This document shows, one piece after another, positions 6,587 through 14,112 of a stretch of 24,000 nt of DNA. Where the stretch lies: assembly GCA_002291985.1 (NCBI GenBank), contig DBBB01000137.1:7486-31485 (forward strand). The letters are read 5' to 3'. How positions within the stretch are numbered: position 1 is the first letter of the stretch; each line of letters starts with the position of its first letter. The position numbers and the translations under genes are program-made. Source of the DNA: Firmicutes bacterium UBA995. GTDB taxonomy: Bacteria > Bacillota > Sulfobacillia > UBA995. The notes under the pieces were generated by a model that saw nothing but the letters and a program-made list of their open reading frames with translations, was not told the DNA's origin and did no database searches.

Positions 6587-7942
6587 TCAGTTTGCGTGTC
6601 GTCTTCTGAGCAGTTCGGGCAGGAAAGCAGGGATCTCGCTCGCCTCGCGGGGCCCTACCACCACCTGCCAGCCCTGCAACTCGTCTTCCACCTCGCCCTT
6701 CAGTCGCGCCACGAGCCCGGGAATGACCAGTTGCGGTCGGTCGACGCGCGAGGCCACATCGTGCTTGCGCACCATCTCCGCGATCGCTTCCGCCCCCAGC
6801 TTGCCCGCCGACCACGAGGCAAGCACGCACAGCCCCCCGGTGTCCAGCACTACCAGATATGCCGCCTGCCTGCTGTTCTCCACCTCGCCCGCCACCGCGT
6901 AGTAAGTGAGGGCAAAGTTGGTGGTCACCAGCACGCTGGCATCCCTACCCGGCCGGTTGAACTCGTACACCTTGCTCTCAACCGTGGGCGGAACGCGGGG
7001 GTCGGTGTACATGTCCTGGCGCAGGGTGAGGAAGGCCTGGAAGCGTGCCTCGTCCATCTCGTTCAGGATGATAACCCCGCCATACTTCGGGATCGCCGCC
7101 GCCAGCACCACGGGCGAAGTATCGCCGCAAGCCCCGGGGAACACGGCGGTGGGATAGCCCAGCGGACGATACTTCTTGACGAGCGCGGCCCGCCGGATGA
7201 GCGTCTGGTCCCGAACCAGGTCTGACAAGCTCCCGGCCTCGGTGCCCAGGATGATGTCGGACAGGCCTGCCGCCTGCACGCGGGTGGACAGGGCGGCGAG
7301 CGCCTCGACGTCGGGCGCGCGCACGCATACCACCGTATCCCCGTCCAGCGCGGGCAGCACCTGGTCGGCATTGGCGGCCGTCACGCACACCACGGGGCGC
7401 CGGGCCTTGCTCGCCTGGTAAGCAGCCAGCAGGACCCCGGGCTCTTCCGCCAGCAAGATGATGCCCACCCGGGTCTGATCGAGTACCTCCCGGAGGAGTT
7501 GCAGGTACTGCTCACGGTTGCCACTGGCCGAAGCCAGGGCGGCGAGGTCAAAACGCGATGTGCGGGCCAGGCGCTCCATTTGCCACTGACTCAGGCACTT
7601 GAGCTTAGCGGCCCGGCGATCGGGGGGCTCGGTGTCGGCCAGCAGCAAGCCCAGTCCGGGCGGGCGCAAGAAGGTCTTCTGGTGTCGGTGAAGCACTTCT
7701 TCCTCGCCGATCACCACCTGGCGTTCGCCCTGACCGATGGCGATCCGGCGGATGGGCGGCAGCATGGCCTCTGCCAGCTCGGCGCGGGTGGCCGGGTCGA
7801 GGTGAGGACAGCGGTCGAGACCGATCGCGCCCGAAGCCAGTTTCATGGCGAAGGCGAAGCAATTGGCCAGCCCGCACTCCTTGCAGTTCTTCTTGCCGCC
7901 ATCGGGGAGCCGCTTCTGGATGTCCGCGGCTTTGAGGGCCAT
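6587..7942 (-). CDS. acsC: Corrinoid iron-sulfur protein large subunit (AcsC / CdhE gamma), 451 aa
   Basis: The N-terminal [4Fe-4S] motif is CKECGLANCFAFAMKLASGAIGLDRCPHL (C-x2-C-x4-C-x16-C). Length and operon position fit CFeSP gamma. ATG at 7942 is preceded by GGAGGAG. Confidence 0.85.
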   Translation of the reverse strand: MALKAADIQKRLPDGGKKNCKECGLANCFAFAMKLASGAIGLDRCPHLDPATRAELAEAMLPPIRRIAIGQGERQVVIGEEEVLHRHQKTFLRPPGLGLLLADTEPPDRRAAKLKCLSQWQMERLARTSRFDLAALASASGNREQYLQLLREVLDQTRVGIILLAEEPGVLLAAYQASKARRPVVCVTAANADQVLPALDGDTVVCVRAPDVEALAALSTRVQAAGLSDIILGTEAGSLSDLVRDQTLIRRAALVKKYRPLGYPTAVFPGACGDTSPVVLAAAIPKYGGVIILNEMDEARFQAFLTLRQDMYTDPRVPPTVESKVYEFNRPGRDASVLVTTNFALTYYAVAGEVENSRQAAYLVVLDTGGLCVLASWSAGKLGAEAIAEMVRKHDVASRVDRPQLVIPGLVARLKGEVEDELQGWQVVVGPREASEIPAFLPELLRRRHAN

Positions 7943-7965
7943 CGGCTTCTCCTCCTGAACTAAGA

Positions 7966-9153
7966 TTAAAGCCGGCCCGCTCGCTGGCGGAACCCGACCA
8001 GTTCTTCGACACTTTGAACGTCCTTCTCGGTGGCGATGGCTTCGAGCGCGCCCCTGGGCGCCACTTCCTTGGCCACTTCCTTCAGCGACGACGTGAGCCA
8101 GGCCACCCGGTTGTAGCCCCCGTCCCCCTTGAGGAACTTGGGAGACCTGAGATACTGCACCCCCATTCCGAGGTAACCGGCGTTCTGCTTGCCGCCGCTG
8201 GCCAGTCCGGCCAATGACGAGAAAGGCTCGCCGATGACGGTGGGGCCGACGAAGTCGCGGTTGACGATGCCAAAGCCGTCGACCTCGGGGATGTAGAACA
8301 CGATCGCCTCGAAGCAGCCGCAGGAAGTATGGGGGTTCTCCAGGGCGCTGTGCAGGCTGAATACCGTGCTCTCCCCCATCGACTTGGAGGCCACGATCTC
8401 GTTGACTGCATCGTAGCTGACGTTTTGTTCATCGATGAGCTGGCCCTTGGGCACCACGAACTGCGCCCCTTCCGGGTCAACCTTGGTGGCGGCTCGCCCG
8501 TCGAACCAGTTGATGGCGCCGCACAGCGACACCCGCTCGGGGGTGATGATGCACACGTGGGTGGGCGCGAAGCTCTGGCACAGGACGCAACCGTAGAATT
8601 CCTCGACGTCCTCTTCCTTGAGGCCGAGCACCTTCTCGTCCCGCTCCCGGTATACTTTCATGGCGCTCTCGACCAGGCTCTTGACCTTCTGGGGCTCGGT
8701 GTAGAACTCGACCGACATCTTCTCGATCACCGGCAGTTCCGCCGTGAACAGATCGATCAGGATGCGGCCGATGTGGGTCAGGGACTCGAGTCCCTTCTTC
8801 ACCGAGTTCTTGTGGATGCGGATCCAGATCTCGTTGCGTTGCCCCATGTGGAAAGCGCCTTCGATGTAGTTGATGTACTGATGGATGCGGCGCTCGACCA
8901 CCGCTTCCAGGTCCTTGTCAAGCTGCTCTCCCGCCACGTCAATCTTGATGAACAGCGGCTGGGCCGAGTCCGGCGGCATGTCCTTGATGTCCGGGCCGGT
9001 CACGGTGATGTGATCGTGCTCGACCTCGGCGGCGGGACGGACGGTAACCAGTTCTCCCTTGCGCGGGACTTCGGGGCCGCCGAACTCGACATGGTAATCG
9101 CCCCGGCGGATGCGCTCCCCCTCGTACTGCGGGCCAACATCCACTACGTACAT
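7966..9153 (-). CDS. cdhC: Acetyl-CoA synthase catalytic subunit, short archaeal CdhC-type (beta), 395 aa (397 aa if ATG 9159 is used)
   Basis: A-cluster ligand motifs are CVLCQSFAPTHVCIITPERVSLCG and HTSCGCFEA (Cys-Gly-Cys). The N-terminus YEGERIRRGDYHVEFGGPE resembles archaeal CdhC, and the ~300-aa N-terminal domain of bacterial AcsB is absent. GGAGG sits 6 nt before ATG 9153 but directly abuts ATG 9159, so 9153 is preferred. Confidence 0.85.
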   Translation of the reverse strand: MYVVDVGPQYEGERIRRGDYHVEFGGPEVPRKGELVTVRPAAEVEHDHITVTGPDIKDMPPDSAQPLFIKIDVAGEQLDKDLEAVVERRIHQYINYIEGAFHMGQRNEIWIRIHKNSVKKGLESLTHIGRILIDLFTAELPVIEKMSVEFYTEPQKVKSLVESAMKVYRERDEKVLGLKEEDVEEFYGCVLCQSFAPTHVCIITPERVSLCGAINWFDGRAATKVDPEGAQFVVPKGQLIDEQNVSYDAVNEIVASKSMGESTVFSLHSALENPHTSCGCFEAIVFYIPEVDGFGIVNRDFVGPTVIGEPFSSLAGLASGGKQNAGYLGMGVQYLRSPKFLKGDGGYNRVAWLTSSLKEVAKEVAPRGALEAIATEKDVQSVEELVGFRQRAGRL

Positions 9154-9185
9154 GACCATCCTCCTCTATCGTCGCTACCCAATGG

Positions 9186-9737
9186 TCAGCCGAGCGCCGC
9201 CACCAGTCCTTGAAGATACTCGGTCCAGCGGTCGCCGCGCGCGGTCACCGGCACGGTGTAGTCGGCATTGGGGTGGCCCCGCCGGCATATGGCAAAGGTG
9301 CGCAGATGGGGCGCGAAGTGCTTCAGCGTGGACAGCCCCCGCTCGGCAAGATCACAGCGCACGCCCGAAAACAACACCAGGTCGTGCTGACCCTCGCCGC
9401 GCACGCCTTTCCAGTCAGGCATCTTCAGGAAATGCACGATCTCGATGATATCATAGGTCGAGTCGGGCTTCTTGCCGTACTCGACCAGCTTGCGCTTGAC
9501 GTGGGCGGTGGCACAGATGGGCATATCGCGCGCGGCGGCGATATCCAGGGCGTAATCGATCAGCAGTTTGTCGCCGGCCGACAGGCGCACCGCGTCCGGC
9601 CCCAGCACGTACAGCGGGTTCTTGGCCCCGGCGACGATCCTGGCGGCTTCCGCCGGGTCATCGACCACCCGGGCCGCCCGCGTGCCGGTCAGCACATTGA
9701 CCCGGTAATACGGGGTAGTCAGCACTTCCGCAGCCAT
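9186..9737 (-). CDS. cdhB: CODH/ACDS epsilon subunit (CdhB-like), 183 aa
   Basis: The start lies 11 nt after the cdhA stop. The pattern AKNPLYVLGP...MPICATAHV...MPDWKGVRGEGQHDLVLFSG...LKHFAPHLRTFAICR parallels methanogen CdhB (KRPLLMVG..IPIAATG..DPKWPGLDG..DMVIAIG..LKTIAIER) as I remember it. Confidence 0.7.
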   Translation of the reverse strand: MAAEVLTTPYYRVNVLTGTRAARVVDDPAEAARIVAGAKNPLYVLGPDAVRLSAGDKLLIDYALDIAAARDMPICATAHVKRKLVEYGKKPDSTYDIIEIVHFLKMPDWKGVRGEGQHDLVLFSGVRCDLAERGLSTLKHFAPHLRTFAICRRGHPNADYTVPVTARGDRWTEYLQGLVAALG

Positions 9738-9748
9738 GACCTTCCCTC

Positions 9749-12064
9749 CTACTTCTTCGGGAGTTCCTTGACGGTAGCCTCAATGGGAACCCGGGTCTCG
9801 TACGTGCCGATGACCGTGGGCAGTGACAGCGTCGGCTTGGGCTGCCAGCCCACTTCCTTGAGATAGGCGAGGACTTCGCGCTTGTAGACGATGGGGATGT
9901 CCCGTTCCGTGCGCACGAAGTTCTGCAAGTCATCCGGCAGGCTGTTCAAAACCTGCTTCGCGACCGAGATGTAGCTGTTGAGCTTGATCGCCCGGCCCGG
10001 CGGGGTGTCGTTGCGGCGGAAACACTGCTTGATGATGGTCAACAGCGCCCGCTCCTTGCTCTCGACCGTGATCATCATGTGCTCGGGGGTGGGCTCGCCC
10101 GTGTCGACGAGTTGCCGGGTACGGCCGTCCATCACCCGCCAGTCGCCATGCTCCTTCTTGCTCATGAACAGGCGGCTGTACTTCGAGCCGTGCGGTCCCA
10201 GCACCACGGGAATGCCCCAGCGCACGGCGCCCGTGCCGATGGTCAGGGCCTTCTGGGAGTACGGCCCCCATACCACGCCGCAGGCGCCCACGCGGTTCAA
10301 GATATAGTCCGCCATCAACTCGAAGTTGGCCCGGTTAGGCAGGCAGGCGAAGATGTTGGCGATCTTGATCGCCGCCCCCACGACGTGGGCATTGGCCACG
10401 CACGAGCCGACGTTGACTATGCACCCGGCGTCGAACTCGGGGGTGTACTTCTCGTAGATGGTCTTGCCTTCGGCGTCCTTGCGCATGGCGGCGGCCATGG
10501 CGGAACATCCCGACAGGGTCACGATGTACTTGCGGCGGGCCAATTCCTCGGCGAGCCAGGCCACATCGTCGATGTCCTCGGGAAAGTTGGAGCAACCGGC
10601 GAACAGGACGACCCCGGGGATGGTGCCGAGGACGATGGGCGATCCGACCTTGCGGATCTCCACATCATGGATGGGGCCGCGCCCGCTGCGCAGCTTGTAC
10701 TTTTCCTGGACCGCGCCGGCCTGCATGAGCCGCTGCACGGGGATGTGGTGGGGACACGCCTGTTCGCAGGCCCCGCAGCCAATGCACCGCAGGAACAGCC
10801 GGCCGATGGGCGCCGGGTCCCCTTGGCGCATGGCGTTCACCGCGACGCTCACGGTGAGCAGGTTGGGGCAGGCCTGGTTGCACAGCTCGCAAGTGCCCCG
10901 GCACTTGGCCGCCAGCTTCGCCGCATCTTCAGTGCTCAGCAAGGACTTGTCGCGGCGGGGCGCCAGCGCGAGGGCGGCCTTCACCGCCACCTCCGCAGCC
11001 TTCTTCGGATCCAGCAGCAACACTCCCTCGCCTTCCTCGAGGACATGGGCCAGAACCGCCTCCACTTCCTCTTCGGAACGGTTGGGGAGACCGTAGCAGA
11101 TCTTGTCGGAGCAGGCGATCAGGGCTGACCCGGTCTGCTTCGCCAGGTCGGGAATGTCCGTCAGCACGCATTGCTCGTCGGTGACGATCACGTCGGCGAT
11201 GCCGGTCTTGAGGAAGAAGCGCTGCTGCGAGAGGGGGCCAACCACCTTGGCGAATGAGGCGTAGCGGGTGACGTCGAGGGCGGTACAGCAGATGCCTGCC
11301 ACCTCGACTTTATCATAAAGTCCCTTCTCTTTCAGGTAATCGACTATGGCGTTACTGGTGATGGCATTGTGGCCGATGACGACGATCACCGGCCTGGTCT
11401 TGTCGATGGCGCCCCAGCCGATCTCCACCAGCGGCGTGTCGGCCACCGAGGTCGGGTAGCCAAAACCGACGATCTGGGCGATGTCGGCCGCTTCCAGGGC
11501 CACGTGGTCGATCATGCCCGCGTGGAACGCCTTGGACTCGAAGTCGCGGTGGTCGCCTTCCTGGCCCGTATGGGTGGCCGACAGGAGATGGATGACTTCG
11601 CCCTCCACGTACTCGACGGCCTTGCGCAGGTCGGCCAGTGTTTGGGGTTTGAGGCCGAGGACGGTGCGGATGATGGGCGATTCGACGTTCACCTGACCCC
11701 CGAGGTCAATGGGGTGCTCGGGACCGTACTTTTCGATCAGGAAATCCACCATGTGTCGCGCATGGGCGCCGTGGGCGGCGGTACCCATGAGGCACTTCAG
11801 CAGGATCATCCGGGCCTGCTGCGAGGCCATGTCGAGGCCGCAAGCACCCTTGCGGTCGGCCGTGAGGTCGCACTTGCCGTAGGTGCAGAGACAGCAGAGG
11901 TCGCAGAAAGGCGCGTAAAACGGCTCGTAGCTATCTAGCAGGCGCAGGTCCCAGTTCCTGAGGTCGGTCACGGACGGCATGGGCGTGGGGCCGATCGGTT
12001 CCCAGTCGTCCTCGGCCCTGATGGTCGTCCGCACGACTTCGTCTTTGAGCTTGCCTCCGGTCAT
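9749..12064 (-). CDS. cdhA: Ni-CO dehydrogenase catalytic subunit, archaeal CdhA-type (alpha) with ferredoxin-like insert, 771 aa
   Basis: The N-terminal Cys cluster is YAPFCDLCCLCTYGKCDL..GACGL. An internal two-cluster insert reads CRGTCELCNQACP ... CIGCGACEQACP. Later CODH blocks include GCSAMAA and VGSCVANAH. A length of 771 aa is CdhA-like, versus roughly 630-680 aa for bacterial CooS/AcsA. ATG at 12064 is preceded by GGGGAGGGA. Confidence 0.85.
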   Translation of the reverse strand: MTGGKLKDEVVRTTIRAEDDWEPIGPTPMPSVTDLRNWDLRLLDSYEPFYAPFCDLCCLCTYGKCDLTADRKGACGLDMASQQARMILLKCLMGTAAHGAHARHMVDFLIEKYGPEHPIDLGGQVNVESPIIRTVLGLKPQTLADLRKAVEYVEGEVIHLLSATHTGQEGDHRDFESKAFHAGMIDHVALEAADIAQIVGFGYPTSVADTPLVEIGWGAIDKTRPVIVVIGHNAITSNAIVDYLKEKGLYDKVEVAGICCTALDVTRYASFAKVVGPLSQQRFFLKTGIADVIVTDEQCVLTDIPDLAKQTGSALIACSDKICYGLPNRSEEEVEAVLAHVLEEGEGVLLLDPKKAAEVAVKAALALAPRRDKSLLSTEDAAKLAAKCRGTCELCNQACPNLLTVSVAVNAMRQGDPAPIGRLFLRCIGCGACEQACPHHIPVQRLMQAGAVQEKYKLRSGRGPIHDVEIRKVGSPIVLGTIPGVVLFAGCSNFPEDIDDVAWLAEELARRKYIVTLSGCSAMAAAMRKDAEGKTIYEKYTPEFDAGCIVNVGSCVANAHVVGAAIKIANIFACLPNRANFELMADYILNRVGACGVVWGPYSQKALTIGTGAVRWGIPVVLGPHGSKYSRLFMSKKEHGDWRVMDGRTRQLVDTGEPTPEHMMITVESKERALLTIIKQCFRRNDTPPGRAIKLNSYISVAKQVLNSLPDDLQNFVRTERDIPIVYKREVLAYLKEVGWQPKPTLSLPTVIGTYETRVPIEATVKELPKK

Positions 12065-12093
12065 CTAACCCGTTCCCTCCCCAAGCCGCGAGG

Positions 12094-12981
12094 TTAGCGC
12101 ATCATCGTCTTGACGAGAGCAATGCTATCCGGATGGCGCAGGGTCACCAGGTCCGCCCCGGCCAGCAGCAAGGTGGCGGCGGTGAAAGCCTCCCACCATA
12201 CTCCCCTCGTCGTGTCCTGGGCAGCTTCCTTGGTCTTCCATACTTCCTTGCCCACCCTGCCGATGATGGGCATTTGCAGCATCCGATCGTCGTGGACGAT
12301 CGCCGCCAGGCGGATGCGCTCCATGGTGGAGTACGAGTACTCCAGTCCATATCCCAGCGACGACGTGAGGGGATCGATCACGATCCGGTCGGCGGGCAGG
12401 ATCTTGGTGAGACGGATGTTCAAATCCTTGGCGAGGTTCACATCCATGGGCGACTGGGCGATGACCGCATGGCCCAGGTCTCGGGCCACTTCCGCCAGTT
12501 CCTTGTGAGCGTCCCGGGTTACCGGTCCTAAAAGGAGGGGGGTTCCCCGGCAGGCCTCGGCCACGGCGGTCAGTGCGGGTACATCGCGGTCTCTATCTCC
12601 CGAACCGTAAACGGCCAGGGGGATGTCGACCGCCTGGACGGTCGCGGCGACCCGGGCGGCTATCTCGGCGAAAGCAGATCCCTGTTCGATGCTGTTCAGC
12701 GTAAGGAAGATCATGTCCGGGCCGTACTCACGGGCGCTCCTGGCCGCCCAGCGGGCGGGCGAGGCCACCGCGTCGCCATACGGCTTGAGAACGGGCGCCG
12801 TCCAGTCTTCGGGTTCACCGTCCACGACCTCGAGGGCAAGCCAGGGGCGGCCCGGCCGGGTGGCCTCGAAGTCGTGGAAAGGAAGCGAGTTGTGTCCACC
12901 CAGTTCGGGTCCTTTTCCGCCCCGGCCGAACCTGACCGCGTTGATCGTCCCGGGGTAAGTCTCCCGCAAACCCTCAAGCAT
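12094..12981 (-). CDS. acsD: Corrinoid iron-sulfur protein small subunit (AcsD / CdhD delta), 295 aa
   Basis: Its size and its position between acsE and the CODH gene fit. It looks like a TIM-barrel-type protein without Cys motifs. ATG at 12981 lies 18 nt after the acsE stop, with an upstream GAGAGGGATGGTGG. The assignment rests mainly on context and general resemblance. Confidence 0.7.
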   Translation of the reverse strand: MLEGLRETYPGTINAVRFGRGGKGPELGGHNSLPFHDFEATRPGRPWLALEVVDGEPEDWTAPVLKPYGDAVASPARWAARSAREYGPDMIFLTLNSIEQGSAFAEIAARVAATVQAVDIPLAVYGSGDRDRDVPALTAVAEACRGTPLLLGPVTRDAHKELAEVARDLGHAVIAQSPMDVNLAKDLNIRLTKILPADRIVIDPLTSSLGYGLEYSYSTMERIRLAAIVHDDRMLQMPIIGRVGKEVWKTKEAAQDTTRGVWWEAFTAATLLLAGADLVTLRHPDSIALVKTMMR

Positions 12982-12999
12982 CGGCCACCATCCCTCTCA

Positions 13000-13878
13000 T
13001 CATAGTTCCAGCCAGGAGGATGAAAACAGCTCATGGCCCAGCAGGACCCTGGTCGTCTTGTACAGGTCCCGCGCCTCGGGAGAGAGCGATGCCAGGTCGA
13101 CGGTCTCCCCGTCCATGGCCCGATACACGAGGTCAACCATCTGTCGCGGCTTGCCGCCGGCCAGGCCGATGAGATCGCGGTCGAAGCTGTCGACGATAGC
13201 CGAGGTCAGGCCCACCCGTTGCGCCATCACCAGCATCACCCGGTTGAGGAACGGGCGCAAGCGCGTGGGTACCCCATTGGACAGGTTAGACAGCCCGACG
13301 GTGGATCGGGCGCCGGGGACCAGTTCGGGCAGCATTTTCAGGAACTCCAGCACTTCCACCGCTTGCGGCTGGGCGACCGCCACCGGCATCATGATCGGAT
13401 CCACCCAGATGTCGCCGCTCGGGATGCCAAGCCCGTTGGCATACTCGACCGTCTCGAGGATGGATTCGGCGCGGGAGGCGGCATCATGGGGGATGCCGGC
13501 ATCGTTGAGGACGGACACGATGATGTCCGCATCGTACTTCCGGGCAAGCGGCATCATCTTCTCGCGGCTGGCGGCGGTGCCGTTGGCCGAGTTGATGAGC
13601 GCCCGCCGCCTGCACTTCGCCAACCCGGCCTCCATCGCCACCGGGTTGGTGGTGTCCAGGCACAAGGGGGTGTCCACCACTTCCTGGATCTTGTCCACCA
13701 GCCAGCCCATGGTCTCCTCCGGCTGCTTGCGGGCTGGGCCGATGTTCAGATCCAGGTAATGAACGCCCGCTTCCGCCTGCTTGACCGCCAGGTCCTGCAG
13801 GGGACGGGCGTCCCGATTCTGAATCGCTTCGGACACCACCTTGGCGAGGATTTGAACGTTCTCGCCAATCAGGATCAA
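13000..13878 (-). CDS. acsE: Methyltetrahydrofolate:corrinoid/iron-sulfur protein Co-methyltransferase (pterin-binding domain), 292 aa
   Basis: MILIGENVQILAKVV...AGVHYLDLNIGPA...PLCLDTTNPVAMEAGLAKC..ALINSANG...GLSNLSNG is the pterin-binding (DHPS-like) MeTr pattern. The start is TTG at 13878, with GGAGG 8 nt upstream. Confidence 0.85.
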   Translation of the reverse strand: MILIGENVQILAKVVSEAIQNRDARPLQDLAVKQAEAGVHYLDLNIGPARKQPEETMGWLVDKIQEVVDTPLCLDTTNPVAMEAGLAKCRRRALINSANGTAASREKMMPLARKYDADIIVSVLNDAGIPHDAASRAESILETVEYANGLGIPSGDIWVDPIMMPVAVAQPQAVEVLEFLKMLPELVPGARSTVGLSNLSNGVPTRLRPFLNRVMLVMAQRVGLTSAIVDSFDRDLIGLAGGKPRQMVDLVYRAMDGETVDLASLSPEARDLYKTTRVLLGHELFSSSWLEL

Positions 13879-13905
13879 GCTGTCTACCTCCTTGCCCGGG
13901 ATTGA

Positions 13906-13927
13906 GATCCGACCCTTGGGTCGGATT
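13906..13927 (-). promoter_or_regulatory. Stem-loop in the 5' UTR of acsE
   Basis: ATCCGACC (13907-13914) pairs with GGTCGGAT (13919-13926) around a 4-nt loop, about 30 nt upstream of the acsE start. Function is unknown; it could stabilise the mRNA or act in regulation. Confidence 0.3.
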
Positions 13928-13971
13928 ATTCACAGTATTCGCAGCTATTGGCCCTCTTCCGCACCGTGTTC

Positions 13972-14001
13972 AGTTTATCACAACAGGGGAACGTTCGGCA
14001 A
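13972..14001 (-). promoter_or_regulatory. Candidate sigma-A-type promoter of the acs operon
   Basis: The minus strand reads TTGCCG (14001-13996), an 18-nt spacer, then TAAACT (13977-13972) with an upstream TG (extended -10). It lies in the only AT-rich patch of the 234-nt divergent intergenic region. Confidence 0.35.
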
Positions 14002-14112
14002 ACATCCGAGTTGCGGCGCCCGATTGCGCCGGCAGGTATGGGGCGGGCGCGGACGAAGTGCACGGGGGCAATGCCGGTCACGTCCCATATTCCCCGATGA
14101 GGTGGATGCCGG

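Noticed and set aside
6570-6830. N-terminal 87-codon extension of the DUF166-like ORF (track entry 5805-6830)
   Set aside because: The extension overlaps the 3' end of acsC, is R/G/A-rich and has no RBS. GTG at 6569 has a proper RBS and begins the conserved-looking domain.
8329-9213. 294-aa plus-strand ORF
   Set aside because: It is antisense to cdhC and to the 3' end of cdhB, and its composition is that of a shadow ORF.
10079-11128. 349-aa plus-strand ORF, together with neighbouring plus-strand ORFs at 9978-10307, 10458-11096 and 11369-11938
   Set aside because: All are antisense to cdhA. Their composition is low-complexity (G/A/R/H/D/L-rich) and they lack an RBS, so they are shadow ORFs.
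13033-13905. 290-aa and 233-aa plus-strand ORFs
   Set aside because: They are antisense to acsE, whose own frame shows clear pterin-binding motifs.
13967-13982. Possible CRP/CooA/FNR-type operator, TGTTCAGTTTATCACA
   Set aside because: Only one half-site matches TGTGA-N6-TCACA. On the minus strand the same bases form the TG-extended -10 element, which explains them sufficiently. It is kept only as a low-interest note.
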